Source: an uncultured virus (IMG/VR IMGVR_UViG_3300025727_000009)
Taxonomy: Duplodnaviria; Heunggongvirae; Uroviricota; Caudoviricetes
Strand: one strand, 5' to 3'
Virus record (IMG/VR): IMGVR_UViG_3300025727_000009
Location: 1-64,000 of that record
Length of the DNA stretch: 64,000 nucleotides
The position numbers were made by a program, and so were the translations under genes. Of this stretch, positions 55,391-64,000 are shown in pieces; position 1 is the stretch's first letter, and every line of letters begins with the position of its first letter. Under the pieces are notes generated by a model, which was not told the origin of the DNA, did not search any database, and saw only the letters and a program-made list of their open reading frames with translations.

Positions 55391-58300
55391 TTAGACGACG
55401 ATGTTGTTGCCTATATCCGGGTTGGTCCCGGCGTCAGTCACTGCGGTGTCAACGATGTTGAACTGCACCACGTTGTCATTCGTAGCGCCACTCAAGTCCA
55501 CGGTAGCCGTGGCGCTCGGCCCGGCACCATCGTAAACCAAGCAGTTGTGCACGATGAGGTTGCCGTCCGTGCTTATGGAGATGAGGCCACCAAGCGTGGT
55601 GTTACCCATGAGGGTGTTCTTGTCACCGGTGTTAATCACAATGCCCGAGGTCTCGTTGTTCCGGATGAAGCTTGAGTTGCCTCCGGTGTACAAGACGTTC
55701 GCGCAGTGGTTGTCACTGATGGAGTGCGCCCCGCCGGCTCCGCCAACCGTGATGTCGCCGGTCATCGTGTTGCCCTGAACGCGGTGACCGATGCCCCCGT
55801 TGATGTCGACTGTCGTGCAGATGTTGTTGTAGACGGAGATGTTGTCTCCCGACGTCACCTGGATTTCATCCGCAACGCGGCAACCCACCACCATGGAGCC
55901 ATTGGCGCCAGCCAAGTCAATACCTGAACCGCCGCACACGCCAACGTCACAGTCCTTGACCGACGTGTCCGCGCTGGCAAGGTAAAAGCCTGTGCCGTCC
56001 GCCACGACGACGGTGCACCCCGTGAAGTGGATGTTATCCCCGATAGCCTGAAACCCCATATCGGCTGACGCCTGGACGACGCACCCCACTGCCCGAGACC
56101 CGGCACCGTTCAGAGAAATACCCACAAACCGAGCATCGCGGACCACTACGTTGCTGACGACGACGACCCCGGTAGGGTCAGTCTTCACGCCCATCACGGC
56201 TGCGTCAGGCGTCGTGCGGTCGATATGAATGAGGCAATCGGAGATGTGCACGGACGCGGTAGCCAGGGCGTCGTCTACCTGGATACCGTGCCCCAAAGCG
56301 TCAAGCACAGTCGCGCCGGAAACGACCCCGTGCTGCTGGAGGTCTTCCAGGAAGATCGACGCATCCGCGAATCCCTCAAGGATGCAGTCGCGGACGACCG
56401 CGGACTCGGCGAACTTAATCTTCACACCGTGCAGGTTATTCGTGTTGTTGTCCGTCCCCGACGCAAGGAACCTGCAGCGCTCCACCAGGACGTCCTCGAT
56501 ATCAACCCCGCCCGCGCCCTCAACGATGATGCCGGCACCGGTAAGCGCCGTACCCTGGCAGTCCCGAAACCTAATACGGCCGCCTACCGTAAGGTTGCGA
56601 AGAGTCGCAAAAGCGCTCCCGCCCGTAAGCACGCAGTCCTCAACCGACAGGCCGTAAAGGCTCCCGCTACTGGCGTCGAAGACGGAGGCCGTTGGCTCAG
56701 CTGGAGTGGCTGCGGCAGCCGCGGTACCTCCCCAGATAAAGTCGAGCCCCTTAAACTCCAACCCGCCTTTTCCGTTTAAGTCGAACAGCGCCGAGTCGTC
56801 TGCAGACCAAGTAATTCGTGGGCGGGCCGCGGTGAGCGAGCCCACAGGGCCTCCGCCAACAATCGCGATGTTGTCCACCGGAATAGCCAGGGGTACCGTC
56901 ACGCCCTTGTTACCGTCCGACGCCTCCGTCGTTGAGCCCACCACCCTAATGCGCCACGCGAAATTGCCAACGGCTGACGAGCCGGTAGCGTCCACCTGGA
57001 TGAGTTCAATCATCCGGAGGGCCTCACCGATGGTGGGAAAGGCGGCGCGCTCGTTATGGTACGCCGCGTCCAGGGCGCCCGCGCCCGTGAAGCTGCCCAC
57101 GGTGATGTCGATGCGCTGGTCAAGGCGGCTAAGCGGCTGCGTGTACGCTGCAATCTGGGTAATGCTGGTGGCGTCTGTAGTCACCTTGGCCAGAATGACC
57201 CGGCCACCCGAACTCAGAACCTGCCCCGAGACATCCGCCTCTGCCGTAACCGTCCGCGTAGTTTCCGTCCACACCAAGTACTCGACAGCAGAAGGGGTAA
57301 TGTCCACCGCCACTTCCGCCACCGCATACGCGGCGCCGTGCACGTAGACGAGGCACGCCCCAATAGCGGCCTTGAACGGGTTGGTGACCACGTAGCCAAC
57401 GACGTCCGTGAGGTCCTCGTCCATCCCCGCATCGAGAACGGCATCAGCCGCGCCCACCGAACTCACCGCGGAGAAGTACCAAGTCCCCGACGCACGCTGA
57501 ACGGCAATCACGTCGCCGTTCGCAAGGGGCACACCGTTCTCAAGGTCACCGGCGTCGTGGCGCTTAATCTTGTCGTCCGCCTCGGTGATGGTGAAGTTGA
57601 ACGCCGACTTCACAGCCAGACCCAGCGAGAGCCCGGCCGTGGACATCGGGAAGCCAATCGGGTCGCTGGGACCGATGAGCCCGTCGCCCAGCATGCGCTG
57701 GCTAGAGCCCGCGCCCTGGAGCGCCCCCGTCAGCCCCTGCGTAGTGCCTGCCAGTATCGACTTAACCTGCAATGGCAGTACGTTGTGGTCAGCACTGCTG
57801 AACGGGATCTTGTTCCCCAATCCGGTGTGCCCGTCAGAGAAGCCGAATCCTGCGGAGCTACCCGTATTGGTCCAGTGCAGTCGCGCCTGCAGCGCACGTG
57901 CCTCGTTGGTCAGGCCCAGCGTGCGGTTGAGGGCTCCGATGTAGGCTTCGTCGTTAGTCTCGTGCGTACCGAACAGCGCGTTGATAACCGCAGCTGCATC
58001 ACGGTCGCGAATGGTGATGGCGTCGACACCACCGCCCTGCTGGCGCAGCTCGATGCCCTCCTTCACCCCAGCACCCGAGGGCAAGAGCAACGTGAGCGGT
58101 CGAGACGCATGCATCTCAATGAAGCGACCGGCACCCTGGTACCGGGAGTATTGGTCTCGGTCCAGCAGGTTCCAATACGAGTCGTTCAGCCCGCCGGACA
58201 GAAACCGGTCGGCGCCAACATCGTCGTCTAGGATTGGTGCGTGCTCAATGGAGGTGACCCGAAAGGTGTCCCCGCCTGCAGAGAAGCCGGAGCCCTCCCC

Positions 58301-60085
58301 AACATGGCCACCTACAACAATCGGCGCAGACGACCAGTCATCCTCAGGTGCCCACTCACTGGCCGAGCCGAAGGTCTTGCGCACTCGCTGCAGGACCATC
58401 ACGTTCCCGGCGACTGAGACTATGAGCGCCCGCGTAATCGGCGCGCTCGGCTCGTCCCGGTTGTAGAGCCCCAAGTTCGCACCGGCAGTCGCACCGGCAG
58501 CCTCAAGCAGGAGCGCTCCGTCGTCATTGGTAACGGTGACTTTCCAGAGGTCCTCGCCAAGCACGCGAGCCGTGGGAGCCATCGACGTGTTCACGCCGCC
58601 CACAAGGCTGGTGGCCGCAGCTTGGTTGCCGACCTTCGCGTCCTTCATCCACGTCCGCAGGCGCACCTGCTCCGAGCGGCTCAGCCCAAGACGGGTAGAC
58701 GGGTCTTCCGACAGCCCCGGTGCAGCCGACATGCCCTGGCTCTGGAGGCGCTCACGGAAGGTAGAGAGCGTCCGACAGTCCACGCCGTAGTCGCCACCGA
58801 TGAGGTCGCCGTAGGTGTAAATCAGCTCGGGGGACAAGGCGAACCCAGGCGGGCTGACGATGTAGACGTTCCCGGCCGCCTGATTCGGGTCGAACCGCAC
58901 AGGCGAACCAGCGTGCTCGACCGCGGAGATGAGGGAGTTCGTCGTCGCCTGCGAGTAGAGCCGCGTGCCGTTGAGCAGGCCGTGGTTCTCCACGACGCCA
59001 GACTCTTGGTCCCACAGGCCGACCTGCCCCGACTGGAGGCTACCTGTGAAGTCCCCGCTGTCGTTGTTGACGCCAACCGCCTTGCCGTCGACCAAGAACT
59101 CCTCAGACGAAGACGCGGGCAAGAGCCACAAGTCATTGCCGACGATGTACACGCAGTACGCGAAGTTGTCCCGCTCGTCCGCCGTGGAGGCCGCGGCTTG
59201 GTTCGGGGGCGTCTGCCACTCGACCCGGTCGCCTGCAGTGAACTGTGTGCCGTCACCCACAGTCACCTTGTGCAAGCCACCGCGGGTCAGGACAGCCTTG
59301 TCCCCTGTGCCGGCAGCGCCTGTGTCCTCAGACGGCATGACGTAGGCGATGCGGTAGAGCCCTGCATTGCCGCCGTTGGCCGCCTCGACGTAACAGCCGG
59401 GGCGTGCATAGCGACTGGCGAACGTGGCCGCCTTGAGGCGCACACCGTCGTAGTCCCACGACGAGGCCGCGACGATACCGTTGTCCGAGTTACCCAAGTA
59501 CGGGGGCAGGTCCGAGCCGACCCGCCGCATGGGCGCGCACGCCTTCGGGTAACGCCGCGTCGGAGAACCCGTGGTAGCAATCGTGCGAAAGACCGAGCTG
59601 GCTCCGCCGCCGCCCGTGTTGAACCGGACATCGACGGGCTCACGAATCTCCGTGACTCCGTCCGCGTCCTGGCGAACAAGCCGGATGCACTCAGACAGCT
59701 GCTCAGCGAACAAGCCGTGGTAGAGCCACACAGCGGCGGCGTCTATCCCACCGGACGCGTCACCGAGGTTGATGGCCGTCGCACCTTGCGTGACGCCCGC
59801 CAGAGCCTCAAAGCCGAACTGGTCCGCACCACCGTCAGTCTGCTGGGGCTCCAAGAAGTCGTCCCGCAGCACCGGGCTGTCGAGCAGGCTGGCGACGTAG
59901 TCATTATTAGCGGCTAATGCCGAGAGCGCTCGACTGACCGCGTCGTGCGAGAAGTTCTCACCGTTGGTGAACAGCTTCGCGCCCGGCGAGGGCGCGGTGA
60001 ACGGCGTGCCCGTGGCGGCGGAAGGAATCGACGTGAGCGCCGTGTGCGCGTTGGTGTTCCCAGCGAGCTTACCGAAGTACTTCAT
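55391..60085 (-). CDS. Tail fibre/tailspike with C-terminal parallel beta-helix
   Basis: 1564 aa, Gly/Ala/Thr/Asp-rich; FPTIGEAL followed by pectin-lyase-like repeats with Asn/Cys ladders. Confidence 0.7.
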   Translation of the reverse strand: MKYFGKLAGNTNAHTALTSIPSAATGTPFTAPSPGAKLFTNGENFSHDAVSRALSALAANNDYVASLLDSPVLRDDFLEPQQTDGGADQFGFEALAGVTQGATAINLGDASGGIDAAAVWLYHGLFAEQLSECIRLVRQDADGVTEIREPVDVRFNTGGGGASSVFRTIATTGSPTRRYPKACAPMRRVGSDLPPYLGNSDNGIVAASSWDYDGVRLKAATFASRYARPGCYVEAANGGNAGLYRIAYVMPSEDTGAAGTGDKAVLTRGGLHKVTVGDGTQFTAGDRVEWQTPPNQAAASTADERDNFAYCVYIVGNDLWLLPASSSEEFLVDGKAVGVNNDSGDFTGSLQSGQVGLWDQESGVVENHGLLNGTRLYSQATTNSLISAVEHAGSPVRFDPNQAAGNVYIVSPPGFALSPELIYTYGDLIGGDYGVDCRTLSTFRERLQSQGMSAAPGLSEDPSTRLGLSRSEQVRLRTWMKDAKVGNQAAATSLVGGVNTSMAPTARVLGEDLWKVTVTNDDGALLLEAAGATAGANLGLYNRDEPSAPITRALIVSVAGNVMVLQRVRKTFGSASEWAPEDDWSSAPIVVGGHVGEGSGFSAGGDTFRVTSIEHAPILDDDVGADRFLSGGLNDSYWNLLDRDQYSRYQGAGRFIEMHASRPLTLLLPSGAGVKEGIELRQQGGGVDAITIRDRDAAAVINALFGTHETNDEAYIGALNRTLGLTNEARALQARLHWTNTGSSAGFGFSDGHTGLGNKIPFSSADHNVLPLQVKSILAGTTQGLTGALQGAGSSQRMLGDGLIGPSDPIGFPMSTAGLSLGLAVKSAFNFTITEADDKIKRHDAGDLENGVPLANGDVIAVQRASGTWYFSAVSSVGAADAVLDAGMDEDLTDVVGYVVTNPFKAAIGACLVYVHGAAYAVAEVAVDITPSAVEYLVWTETTRTVTAEADVSGQVLSSGGRVILAKVTTDATSITQIAAYTQPLSRLDQRIDITVGSFTGAGALDAAYHNERAAFPTIGEALRMIELIQVDATGSSAVGNFAWRIRVVGSTTEASDGNKGVTVPLAIPVDNIAIVGGGPVGSLTAARPRITWSADDSALFDLNGKGGLEFKGLDFIWGGTAAAAATPAEPTASVFDASSGSLYGLSVEDCVLTGGSAFATLRNLTVGGRIRFRDCQGTALTGAGIIVEGAGGVDIEDVLVERCRFLASGTDNNTNNLHGVKIKFAESAVVRDCILEGFADASIFLEDLQQHGVVSGATVLDALGHGIQVDDALATASVHISDCLIHIDRTTPDAAVMGVKTDPTGVVVVSNVVVRDARFVGISLNGAGSRAVGCVVQASADMGFQAIGDNIHFTGCTVVVADGTGFYLASADTSVKDCDVGVCGGSGIDLAGANGSMVVGCRVADEIQVTSGDNISVYNNICTTVDINGGIGHRVQGNTMTGDITVGGAGGAHSISDNHCANVLYTGGNSSFIRNNETSGIVINTGDKNTLMGNTTLGGLISISTDGNLIVHNCLVYDGAGPSATATVDLSGATNDNVVQFNIVDTAVTDAGTNPDIGNNIVV
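59905..59919. repeat. Dispersed palindrome copy, 1 mismatch (TATTAGCGGCTAATG)
   Basis: Inside the tail-fibre CDS, read as LAANN. Confidence 0.8.
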
Positions 60086-60119
60086 GTCAGTTCCACACAG
60101 CCTTCTACCGCGTCCAGAC

Positions 60120-60749
60120 TCATAGACGTAATTCCCAGTTCACCCGCAACACCGTGTTAGGCGTCACGGGTATGGCCGAGAAAGTGTTGTACGCCACCAA
60201 CCGATTCACATCGGTCGGCGTCACCAAAGCCGGGTTGGCCGTCGACAGGTAGAGCCCCGCCTCAGAGACAGGCGCGTTCGTTCCAACGAGGATGCCCGAC
60301 GTGTACGAAGTGCTCAGGGCGTAGGACACCTCCGACTCGACGAAGTCGGCGATGAAGGCAGTCCGGAAGTCCCCGGGAAAGAACACGTTGCTCGGGTAAG
60401 ACTGGTCGAGCACCTTCTTCAACCACGTCTTGACCCCGCCACCCGTCTGGCTGACAGGGATGGGGTCTTCGAGCGCGGTGACCGTAACCGTCTCCGGCTG
60501 AGTGTTGGCGAAGTTGGCGTCCGTCTGAAGGGCGCCTCCGCAGCCCAAGCCGATATACGCCACCTTCTCCGTTGCGTGCGGCGTCGGCGGGTCGACCGAG
60601 TAGTCCGACGCGCCGAGCATCTTGGCCAGCCACGCACGGCCCGTGTTCACGAAGACGTTGTGGGACTCACGCGTGTGCGCCAGGACCCCGTCCTCGTAAG
60701 CGCGGACCACGACGTTGGCAGAGATGTTGAAGTTCTCTGTGAGCTTCAC
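60120..60749 (-). CDS. Tail/baseplate structural protein
   Basis: HNVFVNTGR...YIGLG.G...SEAGLY...W.L pattern typical of tail-fibre-base proteins. Confidence 0.6.
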   Translation of the reverse strand: MKLTENFNISANVVVRAYEDGVLAHTRESHNVFVNTGRAWLAKMLGASDYSVDPPTPHATEKVAYIGLGCGGALQTDANFANTQPETVTVTALEDPIPVSQTGGGVKTWLKKVLDQSYPSNVFFPGDFRTAFIADFVESEVSYALSTSYTSGILVGTNAPVSEAGLYLSTANPALVTPTDVNRLVAYNTFSAIPVTPNTVLRVNWELRL

Positions 60750-60770
60750 TTGAACGCGCCCCTCTCAAAA

Positions 60771-61295
60771 TTACGCAACATGAGCCCAACTCCTACGCAA
60801 GATGATGTTGCGGGCCTGAACATTCGTGACACCGTACTGCCTACCCAGCTCTGAGTAACTCAGCTTACCTTCAGGGCAGCTCCCGGGCTTTCCCCACCCA
60901 TGCTCAGCCCAGTCAGCGCGCATCGCTAGAACGACAGCTTCGGTGAGCTTCACCGTGTTGGAGATGTCAGAGCCGCAGGCCGTACGCTTCTTGGCGTCAC
61001 GGTCACTCATGTTGTCCGCGGGAGTACCCAACCACAGGTGGTCCGGGTTCACGCAACCGGGGTTGTCACAAGCGTGGCCGACGAAGAGCTTCCCGGGCTT
61101 GCGCCCGTTGCCGAACTCGAAGGCCAAGCGGTGCGCCTTGTACGTCTTACCCCTGAAGCTGAGTCGGCCATAACCCTTGGTGTCGTGGCCACCCTCCCAG
61201 GTCCAGCAGTCTCCGGGGTTGTTACCGGGGGCTGCTCGATGCCGGAAGCGCGCCTCCAGAGATAGCTTTGCCCACCCGTCAGGTCGTGCCCCCAT
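60771..61295 (-). CDS. Free-standing HNH homing endonuclease
   Basis: CWTWEG, GYG, AHR and HACDNPGCVNPDHL..GT..DN..D, with a C-terminal HTH-like segment. Confidence 0.85.
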   Translation of the reverse strand: MGARPDGWAKLSLEARFRHRAAPGNNPGDCWTWEGGHDTKGYGRLSFRGKTYKAHRLAFEFGNGRKPGKLFVGHACDNPGCVNPDHLWLGTPADNMSDRDAKKRTACGSDISNTVKLTEAVVLAMRADWAEHGWGKPGSCPEGKLSYSELGRQYGVTNVQARNIILRRSWAHVA

Positions 61296-62029
61296 TACTT
61301 CCAGACCCCCGAATACTCCATGTGCATGTCGTCCGGCGTGCTCCACCGACCGCCCCACGCCCAGCCGGCTTGCTCGAAGGTTTCGACAAAGCCCATGTGC
61401 TTCCGCAGCATGGTGTCAGTCTTCCCGTACCCGTTGAGCCGTGCGTCGAAGTCGACCGCGATGCCCCAGGAATGCCTGGACAGCGGCTTCGTCGGATTCC
61501 ACATCATGTGGCGCGGGACCCAAGAGCCAACCCGCTCGGGGACGTAGCCCCCGGCGGCGCAAGCGGCCCTGAACAGGTCAGCGAACCCGACTGCAACCTT
61601 CTTGTTCAGCCAGACATGCCGACCGATGTGGAGGTCTACCTTGACGATATTGGCATACGACCAACTCTTCGAGATGATGATGCCGCCCTTTTGGGCGGGG
61701 TTCTCCTTGTACTCGAAGTCGCCGTAGGTCCGCTTGACCACGTCCCTAGACAAGAGTGTAGGGAACGCCGACTCGGGGACCTCGACAGCAGACGGGACGA
61801 CCGCTTCAGGTGCGATACCGCCTACCAGCGACTCAATGACCGAGCGGGTCATGGGGCCGCACAGCGAGTCGACTGTGAGCTTGTGTGCCTCCTGGAACTC
61901 CCGTGTGCCAAGGCCGACGAGGTACACCAGAGCGTCCTCGCTCAGCTCCTTGAGGGCTACCCGGTTGTACGCGTCCGCGTTCACCACGCTTGTTACCTCT
62001 GCAATCACATCCGAGATTTCAGACAACAT
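61295..62029 (-). CDS. Endolysin: peptidoglycan-binding domain + M15 peptidase
   Basis: FQEAHKLTVDSLCGPMT (PG-binding-like), SRHSWGIAVD and WGGRW...D.MH.E. Confidence 0.8.
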   Translation of the reverse strand: MLSEISDVIAEVTSVVNADAYNRVALKELSEDALVYLVGLGTREFQEAHKLTVDSLCGPMTRSVIESLVGGIAPEAVVPSAVEVPESAFPTLLSRDVVKRTYGDFEYKENPAQKGGIIISKSWSYANIVKVDLHIGRHVWLNKKVAVGFADLFRAACAAGGYVPERVGSWVPRHMMWNPTKPLSRHSWGIAVDFDARLNGYGKTDTMLRKHMGFVETFEQAGWAWGGRWSTPDDMHMEYSGVWK

Positions 62030-62032
62030 ACG

Positions 62033-63934
62033 CTAGTACCCCGGGACGGCGGCAAGGGATTTGAACGCGAGCATGTACACACGTGGCAGCTCAGCCGCCG
62101 TTTCCGAGTTTACCCGAACAGCCAGCCTGCCCGCAGTAGCGACCACCCCGGTGTACCGGTACATGAAGCTCGGTAGCTGCCCTGGCAGGGCATAGTAGAC
62201 ATCCAGGTCGGTGCCCGTCCGCTCCAGGAAGATGTCGTACGTAGTGCCCCGCCAGAACTCGATGCGCATGCTGGCGCCTGGGTTGGTGTCGTTGTCCCAG
62301 TAGTCGGTGGCTGTGACGCCGCTCATCGGACCGAAAGCGTAGTCGGCCGCTTCTTGGAGGTCGGAAAACAGCCCCCCACCGAACCAGTTGTCTGTATCCA
62401 CGTCGGTGACGCCATTGAGGAAGGCGAAAGACGTCTGAAACCGTGTGGCGTTGTTCAGGTCAATGCCCTGCGGGAGCGAGACAGCGAGGCGCATCGCATA
62501 CACGAAGTCCGTCGCGGGGGTGTTAGTGGTGTGAACCACCCCCTGGGCCTGCAGGGCGTCCGTCAGGACCATGCGGATGATCGTGCCGTTCACATCCACG
62601 GTGTCCCGTGTAGCCAGCGCCTGATCCCCACCATACCCGCTGGCGTCGGCCCACTCCGCCAGCACGGGCGTGGCGCCTGTGTACGCCCAGTCTCCGACGC
62701 CCACGCCATCGCCCGCCGCAGACGGGGTAGCGGGCGCCCAGCGCGAATTGCCGTTATCCCAGGCCAGCACCTGTGTGTCTGTCGGGGCGTCCGTGTGGAC
62801 CGTACGGCCCTGGAGCTGGGTAGCGTTATGGACCAGCGTCGTCGGGTCCCAGCGCGTATTGCCGTTGTCCCACACCAACGCTTGGCCGTCCGTGGGTGCG
62901 TCCGTGTGAACGGTGCTGCCCTGGAGCTGCGTGGCATTGTGGACGAGGGTAGTCGGGTCCCACCGGCTGTTCCCGTTGTCCCAGGCCATGACCTGCCCGT
63001 CTGTGGGCGCGTCGGTATGAACTGCGTAGCCTTGTAGCTGTGTGGCGTTGTGGGTCTCCACCGCGTACGTGTCCGGAGCGCCGTCGAACCACACCATGCC
63101 CGCGGTAGCGGTCACCATGGTAGACGCCGCCTTCTGGAGGCAGTAGCCGACCTGCCGCGTGAAGTCACCGACGTCCTTCGCCATCAGCCCCCCGTTCGAG
63201 ATGTAGACCGGGTCGTTCTCGGCCGTGTACCCCGACGTGTCCAAGGGGAAGTAGCCCCGCAGCATCAGCATGCCTGTGGCGCCGTTGGCGACCGTTCCCA
63301 GCCACGCACCAATCGAGGCATCCCCAATGGCCGCCTGTGTGCCGAGCGCCGTTCCCGTCTGGGCAACGATGTCCGTCAGGTGGGCGGACATGGCGTCACC
63401 GTCTGCGCCAGCCCCAGAGAAGCGGGCGTAGTCCGTGACCTGCGACAAGTCCCCCGCCGACCGCTCCGCGCCGGTACCGTTGATGGCCATGACAGCCATG
63501 CGCCCACCAAGGACTTGCTGGAGGCGGCGGAGGTGCTGCTCGATAGACCGGGACCAGCCTGTCTGGTCCGTGTACTGGCCGCCCTCGCGTGGGGCCGGAA
63601 GAGCCTCAGCCCCGTACCCGCTGGCAATCTCAAAGAGGCCGGAAAGAGTGACTTGGTCGCCGCCTGTCTCCGTCACGATACAGATGACGAGGTACCGCCC
63701 CGCTACCTTGGGCGTGAACGTCTTGTCCTCCAACGTCGAGGACAGCCCAGAAAGCCCCAGCCCGGCCGGGTGGTGTTCCGGCCCGTACAGGAAGAAACCC
63801 TCCCCATCACCGGGGGCGTCGTAGTCACCCCAGACGGCCCCAACCGACAACGCGACTGTTACCTGCACATTCGCGGGACGGTTCTGCAGGACCTGCTGAG
63901 GTCCTGTCGCGTCCTCCATCGTAAGCGTAGCCAT
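62033..63934 (-). CDS. Tail/virion structural protein with internal repeats
   Basis: 633 aa; Ig/PKD-like N-terminus (FTPKVAGRY) and three 37-aa repeats. Confidence 0.6.
   Translation of the reverse strand: MATLTMEDATGPQQVLQNRPANVQVTVALSVGAVWGDYDAPGDGEGFFLYGPEHHPAGLGLSGLSSTLEDKTFTPKVAGRYLVICIVTETGGDQVTLSGLFEIASGYGAEALPAPREGGQYTDQTGWSRSIEQHLRRLQQVLGGRMAVMAINGTGAERSAGDLSQVTDYARFSGAGADGDAMSAHLTDIVAQTGTALGTQAAIGDASIGAWLGTVANGATGMLMLRGYFPLDTSGYTAENDPVYISNGGLMAKDVGDFTRQVGYCLQKAASTMVTATAGMVWFDGAPDTYAVETHNATQLQGYAVHTDAPTDGQVMAWDNGNSRWDPTTLVHNATQLQGSTVHTDAPTDGQALVWDNGNTRWDPTTLVHNATQLQGRTVHTDAPTDTQVLAWDNGNSRWAPATPSAAGDGVGVGDWAYTGATPVLAEWADASGYGGDQALATRDTVDVNGTIIRMVLTDALQAQGVVHTTNTPATDFVYAMRLAVSLPQGIDLNNATRFQTSFAFLNGVTDVDTDNWFGGGLFSDLQEAADYAFGPMSGVTATDYWDNDTNPGASMRIEFWRGTTYDIFLERTGTDLDVYYALPGQLPSFMYRYTGVVATAGRLAVRVNSETAAELPRVYMLAFKSLAAVPGY
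62720..63052 (-). repeat. Three tandem 111-bp (37-aa) repeats
   Basis: HNATQLQG..VHTDAPTD.Q...WDNGN.RW.P units start at 63052, 62941 and 62830. Confidence 0.85.
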
Positions 63935-63945
63935 CGTTCACCAAT

Positions 63946-63960
63946 TATTAGCGGCTAATA
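63946..63960. repeat. Dispersed palindrome TATTAGCGGCTAATA
   Basis: 11 nt upstream of the start of 62033..63934. Confidence 0.9.
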
Positions 63961-64000
63961 GCCGCCAGCTTGTGGAGGACTGTAGCGCGTCGCTGGAGGG

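Noticed and set aside
57056..59917. Long plus-strand ORFs (391 aa and 431 aa)
   Set aside because: Shadows of the 1564-aa tail-fibre gene.
2355..63960. Palindrome copies as a CRISPR array or transposon ends
   Set aside because: Copies are kilobases apart, sit in frame within intact genes, and have no transposase or target-site duplications.

Overview
A 64-kb piece of a large, GC-rich tailed dsDNA phage genome with no host housekeeping genes, arranged in three blocks. (1) 1-33.6 kb, minus strand: head and virion module. It holds the major capsid protein (cut off by the window edge), scaffold-like proteins, a prohead-protease-like gene, a tandem family of basic Gly-rich proteins sharing an N-terminal leader, terminase large subunit with an intein, a SNF2-helicase fusion protein, a baseplate-spike-like protein, a single-polypeptide fused beta/beta' RNA polymerase with an intein, and the portal. 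(2) 33.7-55.2 kb, plus strand: replication, recombination and anti-defence genes (SF2 helicase, UDG-like, DnaB, primase, PolA with an HNH intein, RecA, resolvases, macrodomain-Cas4 fusion, Tad1/Acb2-like), followed by a promoter-rich accessory region. (3) 55.4-64 kb, minus strand: tail and lysis genes. The main signals not explained by the gene list are an ~810-nt highly structured non-coding RNA candidate (53018-53830) with its own promoter and terminator, 14 dispersed copies of the AT-rich palindrome TATTAG-CGR-CTAATA (mostly inside genes), a pervasive K-x-A motif in head proteins that suggests proteolytic or polyprotein maturation, and a repeated promoter consensus. All calls come from reading motifs by eye; no database searches were run.
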